Part shown: piece after piece, positions 36,085 to 44,790 of the stretch
Position numbering within the stretch: position 1 is the stretch's first letter
Layout of the letters: every line of letters starts with the position of its first letter
Assembly (NCBI GenBank): GCA_963709305.1
Contig: CAVPWO010000003.1
Span: 49,760 to 113,759, forward strand
DNA: 64,000 nt
Direction of reading: 5' to 3'
From: an uncultured Acidobacteriaceae bacterium
GTDB taxonomy: Bacteria > Acidobacteriota > Terriglobia > Terriglobales > Acidobacteriaceae
Program-made: the position numbers and the translations under genes
Notes under the pieces: generated by a model
What the model was told of the DNA's origin: nothing
Seen by the model: the letters and a program-made list of their open reading frames with translations, nothing else
The model's database searches: none

Positions 36085-37134
36085 TCAGCCCAGCAGTTGC
36101 TTCGCGATCCGGCAGTACAAATCAATCGCCTCCGCCAGTTGCTGCTTCTCGATGTATTCGCCGTCGGTGTGCGCCACGTGAATCGATCCCGGACCGAGCA
36201 GCAGCGGTTCGCCCCAGTTGGTGAGCTTTGGGATGTCCGTAGTAAACGCCGCAATCATCGTCGGCAATCCGTCGACCGTGCGCAAGCGAAGAAAAGGAAG
36301 CTCCAGCGGGAAGGTGACGTCTACCGCATCGCCGGCAGTCGAAACAATCTGTCGCCGCAAATCATCCGACGGACCAACCAGCCGGTAAAGCAAGTCCGCG
36401 TGCGCATAATCAGGGATCACGTTGGGCGCGCGTCCGCCTTCAATGAGCCCGATGTTCAGCGTGCACGGTCCAACCTCCGGATCGGAAGGCAGCGGCATCG
36501 CGCGCAACCGCGTCAGCGCCGGAATCAGCTTGTCAATCGCGGACTCTCCCAACTCCGGATACGCCGAATGCGCCATGCGTCCCGTCGCAGTGACCTCAAC
36601 ACGTAGCGTCCCTTTCGATGCGAGGGCCAGGCGATTCTCCGTCGGCTCGCCGTTGATCAGAAAGCGGGATTTTGCGCCTTTTGCGTTGGCGGCATATTCA
36701 TTCGCCGCATACTCATTTGCTACCTGCGCGCCCAGGCTGTCGCGTTCTTCTCCGACCACAAACAGAAGCCCCACATGGATGTTCTGCTGTCGCAATCGTT
36801 CCGCAGCCGCAATTTGCGCTGCGATAATGCCCTTGGCGTCGCAGGATCCGCGCCCATAAATGCGTCCCGCATCTTCCGATGATGGAATGAATGGAGGAAC
36901 CGTATCCATGTGCGTGGAGAACACCACTTCAGGATGCGGATGTTCTTCTGATGTCGCGTAAACATTGAATCGGTCGGCCTCGACCGGCATTTTCCTGGTT
37001 TGATAGCCCAGGCGACAAAGTTCTCCGTAAAGATAATTCCCCACCGCAGCTTCGTTGCCAGTGATGGATTCGATGTCCACCAGTTGCCGCGTAAGAGTTA
37101 CAGCGTCCATGGAGGAGAGAATAGCAGAGAGCAA
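36085..37134 (-). CDS. M20-family metallopeptidase (ArgE/DapE-like deacylase)
   Basis: 349-aa ORF with HMDTVP, GRGSCDAKG and GEE motifs and a dimerisation-domain insertion. Confidence 0.85.
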   Translation of the reverse strand: MLSAILSSMDAVTLTRQLVDIESITGNEAAVGNYLYGELCRLGYQTRKMPVEADRFNVYATSEEHPHPEVVFSTHMDTVPPFIPSSEDAGRIYGRGSCDAKGIIAAQIAAAERLRQQNIHVGLLFVVGEERDSLGAQVANEYAANEYAANAKGAKSRFLINGEPTENRLALASKGTLRVEVTATGRMAHSAYPELGESAIDKLIPALTRLRAMPLPSDPEVGPCTLNIGLIEGGRAPNVIPDYAHADLLYRLVGPSDDLRRQIVSTAGDAVDVTFPLELPFLRLRTVDGLPTMIAAFTTDIPKLTNWGEPLLLGPGSIHVAHTDGEYIEKQQLAEAIDLYCRIAKQLLG

Positions 37135-37235
37135 AAGGACGTCAGACCTAGGACTTCATACTTTGGACTTCCGAACTCAGACCTTTGATGTCAGCCAGTT
37201 TCTTCTCTTCCACCCTTAGCGTGTAATCTGACGTT

Positions 37236-37929
37236 GTGATTTCTTCGAACCCTTCCATCCGATCGCTCTTTCTCGACGGTTCCGCGGGACGCCTGGAAGC
37301 TCTCCTGAACGCCGGTACAGCGAATGCAACGCACGCCGCTGTGGTCTGCCATCCACATCCGCTGTTTGGCGGAACGCTGCACAACAAAGTCGTCTTCCAT
37401 ACTATGAAGGCGCTAAACAGCTTTGGTTTTCCCGTATTGCGCTTCAATTTCCGCGGGACCGGCTTGAGCCAGGGAGAACATGATCAGGGCAATGGAGAAG
37501 TCGAAGATGTTCGTACCGCGCTCGACTGGCTCGACGCCGAATATCAGCCTGCCGCTAATATTTGCCGGATTCTCCTTCGGAGCAGCGGTCGGATTGCGTG
37601 CTGCGTGCCCGGATACGCGAGTTCGTGCGGTCATCGGTGTTGGCACGCCTGTCGGTCCAGTGGCTGCCGACAGCGACGTGCCGCGCACGTACACCTTTGA
37701 CTTCCTGCAGGATTGCGCCAAGCCCAAACTTTTCGTCAGTGGAGCTCGCGACCAGTTTGGTCCGCGCGCGAAGCTGGAAGCGCTGCTTGCGTCGATGCCG
37801 GAGCCGAAGAAGCTGGTGTTGATCGAAGGCGCGGATCATTTCTTCGAAGGGCGCTTGCGCGAACTGCGGGAAGCGATTGAAGCATGGGTGAAGGAAGCTC
37901 TCAGCTCTCAGCCGTCAGCTTTCAGCTAA
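37236..37929 (+). pseudogene. alpha/beta-hydrolase, +1 frame break near 37548
   Basis: Frame 0 carries the N-terminal part (HPHPLFGGTLHNKV...DWLDAEYQ). Frame +1 carries LPLIFAGFSFGAAVG (the GxSxG elbow) through to the C-terminus. Confidence 0.75.
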
Positions 37930-37998
37930 AACCCCGAAGTGAAGACGCCGAGGTGCATTTCTTACTTGCCGCTGACAACCGAAAGCCGATAGCTGACA
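37897..37998. repeat. two heptanucleotide word arrays in inverted orientation
   Basis: gctctca gctctca gccgtca gctttca (37897-37924) encodes the hydrolase C-terminal tail and shares 20 nt with 21390-21409. gctgaca accgaaa gccgata gctgaca is at 37971-37998. Confidence 0.8.
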
Positions 37999-38019
37999 GC
38001 GATCTCTATAATTCTCACC

Positions 38020-39345
38020 ATGTCTGACTTCGGCCGCGAAAACAGGTTCGGCAATATGCGTGAGGCTGCACGGCGGATATTCCAGAGTGCGCTGGCTGAA
38101 GCGTCGATTGCCAAAGGCTTTGCGCGGAACGTGCATTGCGAACGGGGAATTGTGCGCATCTGCGACGATCTTTATGATCTGCGCTCGTATTCGCGGGTGT
38201 TCGTCGTATCGATCGGCAAGGCCGGACACACCATGGTCGAGGCCCTGGCGGAGTTGATTGGAGGCTCGCTGGAAGGAATCTTGGCAACTTCCGCGCATCC
38301 ATCCACGCAGTTGCATGGGTTCCGATATTTTCGCGGCGGACACCCGACGCCGAATGCGGAGTCTATTCAGGCCGCTGGCGCAATACTGCGAGCATTGCAG
38401 GCTATGCCAGCTTCGGCGCTGGTGATCTACCTGCTCAGCGGTGGAGGCTCGTCAATGGTTGAGAAGCCCATCGACGACGAGATTTCTCCCGACGATCTGA
38501 TTGCCACCTATCGGGCACTGGTGCTTTCCGGCGCGCCTATTGCGGAGATCAATGCCGTGCGCAAACACCTTTCTGCGGTGAAAGGCGGACGTTTGGCGCA
38601 GGCCGCGTTTCCCGCCCACCAGGTGTCGCTGCTGGTGTCGGATGTTCCCGACAATATGCCTGACGCCCTCGCTTCCGGTCCGACCATGCCCGATTCGACG
38701 TCGGTCGAGGATTGTTACCGCATCGCGGAGAAATACGAACTCTTGAAACAATTTCCGCAATCGACACGGGAGATCTTTGAACGCCGCGCCCTACAGGAGA
38801 CGCCGAAGTCCGACGATCCGGCATTTGTGCACGCTCGCTGGTGGCCCGTGCTCACAAACCAGACGGTAATTGAAGAAGCGGGTATCGGCGCTGAGCGCGC
38901 AGGTTTTGTCGTGCATGTGGATAACTCCTGCGACGATTGGGATTACGAGAAAGCCGCCGAGTATCTGTTGCAGCGGCTGCGCGACTTGAGGAAGCAGTGT
39001 TCACCCGTGTGTCTGATTTCTGGCGGTGAAGTTACGGTGAAGGTCACAAGCGGCGGAATTGGCGGACGCAATCAACAGTTCGCGCTGGCGTGCGCAGAAC
39101 AAATTGCGGAAGAAAACATTACAGTGCTAAGCGCGGGAACGGACGGAATCGATGGCAACAGCCCGGCTGCAGGAGCGCTGGTGGATGGTACGACCTTCGA
39201 GCGTGCGCGGGCTCGGGGACTGGACATTCGTAGCGCGCTGGAAGAGTTTAACGCCTTCCCATTTTTCAAGGCGCTTGAGGATGCGATCGAGATTGGACCG
39301 ACCGGGAATAATCTGCGCGATCTGAGGATTCTGCTGGCTTACTGA
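38020..39345 (+). CDS. glycerate 2-kinase / hydroxypyruvate-reductase-like (DUF4147 + MOFRL domains)
   Basis: 441-aa ORF with SIGKAGHTM, LLSGGGSS and GTDGIDG motifs typical of the MOFRL family. Confidence 0.8.
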   Translation: MSDFGRENRFGNMREAARRIFQSALAEASIAKGFARNVHCERGIVRICDDLYDLRSYSRVFVVSIGKAGHTMVEALAELIGGSLEGILATSAHPSTQLHGFRYFRGGHPTPNAESIQAAGAILRALQAMPASALVIYLLSGGGSSMVEKPIDDEISPDDLIATYRALVLSGAPIAEINAVRKHLSAVKGGRLAQAAFPAHQVSLLVSDVPDNMPDALASGPTMPDSTSVEDCYRIAEKYELLKQFPQSTREIFERRALQETPKSDDPAFVHARWWPVLTNQTVIEEAGIGAERAGFVVHVDNSCDDWDYEKAAEYLLQRLRDLRKQCSPVCLISGGEVTVKVTSGGIGGRNQQFALACAEQIAEENITVLSAGTDGIDGNSPAAGALVDGTTFERARARGLDIRSALEEFNAFPFFKALEDAIEIGPTGNNLRDLRILLAY

Positions 39346-39379
39346 AGTGCGCCACTGCGCCACCGGGTTTCGCCCAGGC

Positions 39380-39405
39380 GAGACAGCCGGGCGGCTGTCT
39401 CTACG
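39380..39405. terminator. hairpin gagacagcc-gggc-ggctgtctc (dispersed element copy 2), probable bidirectional terminator
   Basis: Perfect 9-bp stem between convergent genes, followed by catttttgatttt. Confidence 0.55.
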
Positions 39406-39445
39406 TGGGCATTTTTGATTTTCACATCTTTGATGTCGCTAATCG

Positions 39446-39934
39446 CTACGCCGTTTTTTCTAGTTGTGGTTTCATTTTTTCCATGGCTTCATCCATGGCG
39501 TGCTTCATTTCATCGCCCGACATGTCTTTGGTGTGAGTAGCGATCGACCATTTGTGGCCAAAGGGATCTTTCAGCTTGCCGTAGCGGTCGCCCCAGAACT
39601 GGTCGGTGACCGGCATTTCGACCTGCGCTCCAGCTTTCACGGCACGATCAAACGCGGCATCGACGCCGTCGACGTAGATGTGCAAGCCCATGCCAGCGCC
39701 GCCGCTGCTGAGCGGAGAGAGAGCTCCGTAGTCGGGAAACTCGTCGCTCAGCATAATGATAGAGTCGCCGATCATTAACTCGGCGTGCATGACTTTGCCG
39801 TCTGGGCCCTTCATGACACCCCTCTCCTTTGCGCCGAATGCTTGCTTGTAGAACTCGATGGCGCGAACCGCGTCGCGAACTGTGAGAAATGGTGTGAGTG
39901 TGTGGTACCCGTCGGGAATTGGTTTTGCGGACAT
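39446..39934 (-). CDS. VOC/glyoxalase-family protein (PhnB-like)
   Basis: 162-aa ORF containing LTPFLTVRDAVRAIEFYKQAFGAKE...HAELMIGDSIIMLSDE. Confidence 0.85.
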   Translation of the reverse strand: MSAKPIPDGYHTLTPFLTVRDAVRAIEFYKQAFGAKERGVMKGPDGKVMHAELMIGDSIIMLSDEFPDYGALSPLSSGGAGMGLHIYVDGVDAAFDRAVKAGAQVEMPVTDQFWGDRYGKLKDPFGHKWSIATHTKDMSGDEMKHAMDEAMEKMKPQLEKTA

Positions 39935-40030
39935 AGAAACCTCCTATGAGAAAATTCGAGGCTGGAAGTTTACACCAGAGGGCACTGCTGGTGGTTAAAG
40001 AATTGTTGCGTGCCTGGAATTATGCCGACC

Positions 40031-40064
40031 TTTTTAATTGCGGAATCTTTTTAATTGCGGAATC
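40031..40064. repeat. perfect 17-bp tandem duplication tttttaattgcggaatc x2
   Basis: Read directly from the sequence. It is followed by the palindrome gtata-tgt-tatac (40065-40077) and lies ~100-130 bp upstream of the VOC gene start. Confidence 0.9.
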
Positions 40065-40174
40065 GTATATGTTATACAGTCTCGTCGAATTGACAATGCG
40101 TGTTCAACTGTTTCGTTAGAACGGGTCACGGACCGATCCAGCGGGCGCGCCCGCCATTAAAACAACACAAGCAG

Positions 40175-40387
40175 GTTGCAGTGGATGGGAAGTTGCTGGA
40201 TCGATATGCCGGCCGCTATTCGATACTGCCAGAGGCGACTCTAACGGTCCGTCGAGAAGGCGATCATCTTTCGGTGCAAGAAGTTGACGAGCCGAAAGAA
40301 GATCTGCTGCCGGAGAGCGAGACGGATTTCTTTTCGACGGTAGCCGACGATACTTACAGCTTGGAAATCAACAGCGAAATCCATTTT
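40175..40387 (+). pseudogene. isolated DUF3471-like domain fragment (C-terminal domain of beta-lactamase-related serine hydrolases)
   Basis: LLDRYAGRYSILPEATLTVRREGDHLSVQEVDEPKEDLLPESETDFFSTVADDTYSLEI resembles DUF3471. No catalytic domain lies upstream. Confidence 0.4.
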
Positions 40388-40444
40388 GCGAGGTTGATGC
40401 AACCTCCAGCGACTAAGGCCGTCATTCATTTTGCACGACTTACG

Positions 40445-40470
40445 GCGCGGCTAAAAAGCCGCGCTCTTTC
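40445..40470 (+). terminator. hairpin gcgcggc-taaaaa-gccgcgc followed by tctttc
   Basis: 7-bp GC stem followed by a weak T tract. Confidence 0.45.
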
Positions 40471-40619
40471 AAAACAAATGCAACGGACTCTTTCCGCACC
40501 CTCTAAAGCCGTGCCCTTCCCGGTGTTCTCAATAAAATTATTTCCCAACATCATTGCCGGCAAGAACTCTTCCCGAAATATTTCCGGCAAATGACCTTCA
40601 AATATTCTTGAAGTGGGGG

Positions 40620-41558
40620 CTAGAAGAATCTGGTAACGCCCTCTTCCATTACGACCACGCGGTCCTTAATGCCCGCGGCGCCAGCTTCCTGCTCGAGCAG
40701 TTGCAGCGGCTCATCGACCGGTTCGTGCGACAGGCGGAAGCTGCCGTAGTGCATGGGGACCATCCAGCGGGACTTGAGATCGAGAAAGGCGCGCATGGCG
40801 TCGGCGGGATTGGTGTGCACGTTGCGGAACTGCGGCGGATTGTAGGCGCCGATGGGAAGCAGTGCGAGTTCCGGGGCCAGACGGCGCCCGATTTCACTAA
40901 AGCCCGCAAAGTAAGCCGTATCGCCGGCGTGATAGACGGAGTGTTTGCCGGCTTTCAAAACAAAGCCGCCGTAACCGCGATGCGAATCTTTCAGAATGCG
41001 CGCCCCCCAGTGTCGCGAAGGAACGTGCGTGATGGAGAGGTTGCCCAGGCGTGAACTTTTCCACCAATCGAGTTCAATGATCTCGGAAAAGCCGAGATCG
41101 GAAACCAGGTCGGCTACATGAGCTGGAATGATGATGGAAGGCGCCACCCCGCGCGTGCGCAGATTGTTCTGCACGAGAGAGCGCAGCGACGGCCGGTGCA
41201 GGTGGTCGAAGTGAGCGTGGGAAACCAGCACCACGTCGATGGCCGGAAGATCTGCAATGCGAAGGCCGGGACGGCGCAGGCGCTTTAGTACGAATAACCA
41301 GCGCGCGAAGTTAGGATCGATGACGACACTCTTGCCACCGATTTGCACGAAGAAGCTGGCGTGACCGATGAAGGTGACACCAAGTTCTCCATTGACGGCA
41401 AGTCGCGGTTTGTGGGTCTCCCCTCTGCGCGGAGTAACTGCGGAGTGACGCACCAGCCGTCCGAACTGGGTGGCGCGCTTGCGTAGAGCCGGATTGCGAA
41501 GGGTCTGTTTAATCATCCTGCGCCAGAGCCTGGGGGCTGGAGCGGAAGCAGCCTGCAC
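40620..41558 (-). CDS. MBL-fold metallo-hydrolase (NAPE-PLD-like)
   Basis: 312-aa ORF with VLVSHAHFDHL (the HxHxDH motif) and a downstream His/Asp pattern. Confidence 0.85.
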   Translation of the reverse strand: MQAASAPAPRLWRRMIKQTLRNPALRKRATQFGRLVRHSAVTPRRGETHKPRLAVNGELGVTFIGHASFFVQIGGKSVVIDPNFARWLFVLKRLRRPGLRIADLPAIDVVLVSHAHFDHLHRPSLRSLVQNNLRTRGVAPSIIIPAHVADLVSDLGFSEIIELDWWKSSRLGNLSITHVPSRHWGARILKDSHRGYGGFVLKAGKHSVYHAGDTAYFAGFSEIGRRLAPELALLPIGAYNPPQFRNVHTNPADAMRAFLDLKSRWMVPMHYGSFRLSHEPVDEPLQLLEQEAGAAGIKDRVVVMEEGVTRFF

Positions 41559-41928
41559 TGTCCATATTAGTCCCGATTGCCGCCAGAGCGGAGTAATTAC
41601 GGCGATGCGGCGAATTTATTTACCGGCTATTCATCTTAGATGCAAAATAGAGGTGCTTGCTGCTTTTTAGTTATGCCAGTCGCGGTGTTCAGCATTACAA
41701 ATAAATACAAAAGATCTGCCGGTTGTTTGGTAAGGATCTGTTTACAAACTGAGGCAGCACCCAAGCCCGCGCGACTTTTGGCAGTCAGAGGACCACGATC
41801 TCCAACCTGGACTACTCCGCTGCTCTGCTCCATGTTCAGTAGGTTCAGTGCTTGACCTTGATCGAGTAGGTCATATCTAATCCGAAAGCGTCTTGTTGTG
41901 ATGTTTGCGGACGACAGGAGAAGTCGGC

Positions 41929-42810
41929 ATGCGAGTCGCGTTTATGGGGCTGGGAATCATGGGACACGCCATGGCAACGAATCTGGTGAAGGCGGGACAC
42001 GAAGTCACGGTGTGGAACCGCACGCCGGGCAAACTGGTGGAAGGCGCGGGAGTGGCGCAGACTCCGGCGGCGGCGGCGCAGGGCGCGGAGGTGGTATGGA
42101 TGTGCGTGTCCGATACCGCCGCGGTCGAAAGCGTGATCTTCGGGGCGGACGGCGCGGAGGCCTCCCTGGCGGAGAGCGTCATCATCGCGGATTCGAGCAC
42201 GATTTCTCCGTCAGCCACTATGAAATTCGCGGAGCGCGTGGGGCCGAAGGGCGTGACCTGGGTGGATGCGCCGATGACGGGATCAAAGATTGGAGCGCGC
42301 GACGGGACCCTGGTGTTCATTGTGGGAGGCAGCGAAGCCGCGGTGGAACGTCTCAAGCCGCTGTTTGCCGCGATGGGTAAGAAGATTTTCCGCATGGGTG
42401 AGACCGGGAAGGGACAGGCGACGAAACTCGCCATGAATTTGCAAATCGCGCTGATCTTTGAAGGATTCGCCGAGGCGTTGACTCTGGCCACCAAACTCGG
42501 AGTGGATACGCAACAACTCCTGTCGCTGATTGAGGCCACGATGGTGCGGTCGGGCGTGGTGGACTACAAAGGGCCTTTTATTCTGCAGCGCGACTTCACG
42601 CCAAACTTTCCGCTGCGGCTTATGCACAAAGACATCCGCCTCACTTTGGAGGCGGCCACGGAAGCGCGAGTGAAGCTGCCGGCGCTGGAGACGGTGGAAG
42701 AGATTTATGAGATGGCGTCGGAAGAGGGAAATCAGGATCTGGACTATGCCGCTACACTGATGCTGCTGGAGAAGTGGGCAGGCGTGCAGGTGAAGGGCAG
42801 GGCCGCGTAG
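41929..42810 (+). CDS. NAD(P)-dependent oxidoreductase (3-hydroxyisobutyrate / 6-phosphogluconate dehydrogenase-like)
   Basis: MRVAFMGLGIMGHAMATNL is a Rossmann GxGxxG motif. An AGGAG RBS lies 9 nt upstream. Confidence 0.85.
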   Translation: MRVAFMGLGIMGHAMATNLVKAGHEVTVWNRTPGKLVEGAGVAQTPAAAAQGAEVVWMCVSDTAAVESVIFGADGAEASLAESVIIADSSTISPSATMKFAERVGPKGVTWVDAPMTGSKIGARDGTLVFIVGGSEAAVERLKPLFAAMGKKIFRMGETGKGQATKLAMNLQIALIFEGFAEALTLATKLGVDTQQLLSLIEATMVRSGVVDYKGPFILQRDFTPNFPLRLMHKDIRLTLEAATEARVKLPALETVEEIYEMASEEGNQDLDYAATLMLLEKWAGVQVKGRAA

Positions 42811-42848
42811 TTAGGATGTTCAAGTTATCGCTTATTTGCTTTTGATTC

Positions 42849-43004
42849 ATGTCCAAAGATCGAGGAAAGTCTCTGCCGATAATGCGCCGGAAAGACGTGG
42901 TTCAACGGTTCAACTTTTGGTCGCTGGATGGCGCTCTGTTCGTGGAAATTAGCGGACTAACGAGAGCTGAAGTCGAGAAATACAGCGCCAAACATTGGCT
43001 CTAG
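42849..43004 (+). CDS. possible 51-aa ORF
   Basis: MSKDRGKSLPIMRRKDVVQRFNFWSLDGALFVEISGLTRAEVEKYSAKHWL. No supporting motif, so this is speculative. Confidence 0.2.
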   Translation: MSKDRGKSLPIMRRKDVVQRFNFWSLDGALFVEISGLTRAEVEKYSAKHWL

Positions 43005-43136
43005 AAAGCGCCGAAGATTACCCCGCAATTACCGCCGTAATCCCCCAAATCCCGCTATTACACAAGTATTACAGTCACTATGCCCATTCCCTTGGTACGG
43101 TAGACGTAGGGCTGATCGAACTCAAACAACCACGAA

Positions 43137-44069
<933 letters not shown>

Positions 44070-44100
44070 GCGGTCGCATTCTCAAACGTCCCATAAAGTC

Positions 44101-44127
44101 AGCCCCGGCTTCTGCCGGGGCTTTTTC
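44101..44127 (+). terminator. rho-independent terminator
   Basis: agccccggc-ttct-gccggggct forms a perfect 9-bp stem, followed by ttttt. Confidence 0.85.
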
Positions 44128-44160
44128 GTGCCGGAATTGCGGCAGGTTACGCTCGAATCG

Positions 44161-44604
44161 CTAGATGCGGATGATCATCACTTCGGTGGATTTGATCAAG
44201 GCTGCCGCAGTTTGTCCCTTTTTCAAATTCATTTCACGCGCGGAGCTGGCCGTGATAATCGATGTGATCTGCTGCCCGCCGATGGAAATCTTCACTTCCG
44301 CCATCAGGCCGCTGATGCGAACTGAATCGACGCGCCCGACCAACTGATTGCGTCCACTGACCCGGCGCATCACTTCTTTCCGTTCCATTTCGGTGCGACC
44401 TCGGGTTCTGAAAAGTAGCTTGTCCACTTCGTCCTGTGGAATCCGGTGATGTCCTCCGGCTGTTGGTATGCTGCGAATTTTCTTTTTGTAAATCCACTGC
44501 TTGATGGTCGGAAAGCTGATTCCCAGCTCCAAGGCCGCATCTCGCGGACTAAGCAATGGCTCGCTCGCCCGTCTTCCACGTTGCCTCTTGGTTTCTGTAG
44601 CCAC
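44161..44604 (-). CDS. excisionase/MerR-type HTH fused to a TOBE (molybdate-binding, ModE C-terminal-like) domain
   Basis: 147-aa ORF. LSPRDAALELGISFPTIKQWIYKKKI is the HTH. The C-terminal SGRNQLVGRVDSVRISGLMAEVKISIGGQQITSIIT...LIKSTEVMI is TOBE/Mop-like. Confidence 0.8.
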   Translation of the reverse strand: MATETKRQRGRRASEPLLSPRDAALELGISFPTIKQWIYKKKIRSIPTAGGHHRIPQDEVDKLLFRTRGRTEMERKEVMRRVSGRNQLVGRVDSVRISGLMAEVKISIGGQQITSIITASSAREMNLKKGQTAAALIKSTEVMIIRI

Positions 44605-44650
44605 GCTCGAAAATCGTACCGTGAACCCGGATGGCGGTCAATCCCAGAAA

Positions 44651-44672
44651 CGTATATGGGATTCCTATAGCG
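44651..44672. promoter_or_regulatory. candidate operator CGTATAT-N8-TATAGCG in the divergent promoter region
   Basis: Imperfect inverted repeat with TATA half-sites, reminiscent of ModE-type operators. Direct repeats catagccg and catagtcg, 11 nt apart, lie at 44708-44726. Confidence 0.3.
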
Positions 44673-44790
44673 AAACACAATATCCTCTATTCTCTTTCAT
44701 ATGTGCCCATAGCCGTATCATAGTCGACGTACGAACCGGTTATTGTATACACTTCCAGTTCGTCTTAACTCTACATTGCGGAGAGACAAA

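Noticed and set aside
35814-36254. 146-aa minus-strand ORF upstream of nuoB that might have been nuoA.
   Set aside because: It has no TM helices and an Arg/Ser/Thr-rich composition, and it overlaps the 3' end of the M20 peptidase gene. It is not NuoA-like.
11422-37555. Programmed +1 ribosomal frameshifting as the explanation for the five frame breaks.
   Set aside because: None has an in-frame stop at the shift site, a slippery CUU-type codon, or an upstream SD-like element as prfB does. A homopolymer insertion is the simpler explanation.
6884-37998. Interpretation of the repeat-rich spacers as CRISPR arrays.
   Set aside because: The units are 7-9 nt with no spacers, and each array is 20-65 nt long. 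No cas genes are present.
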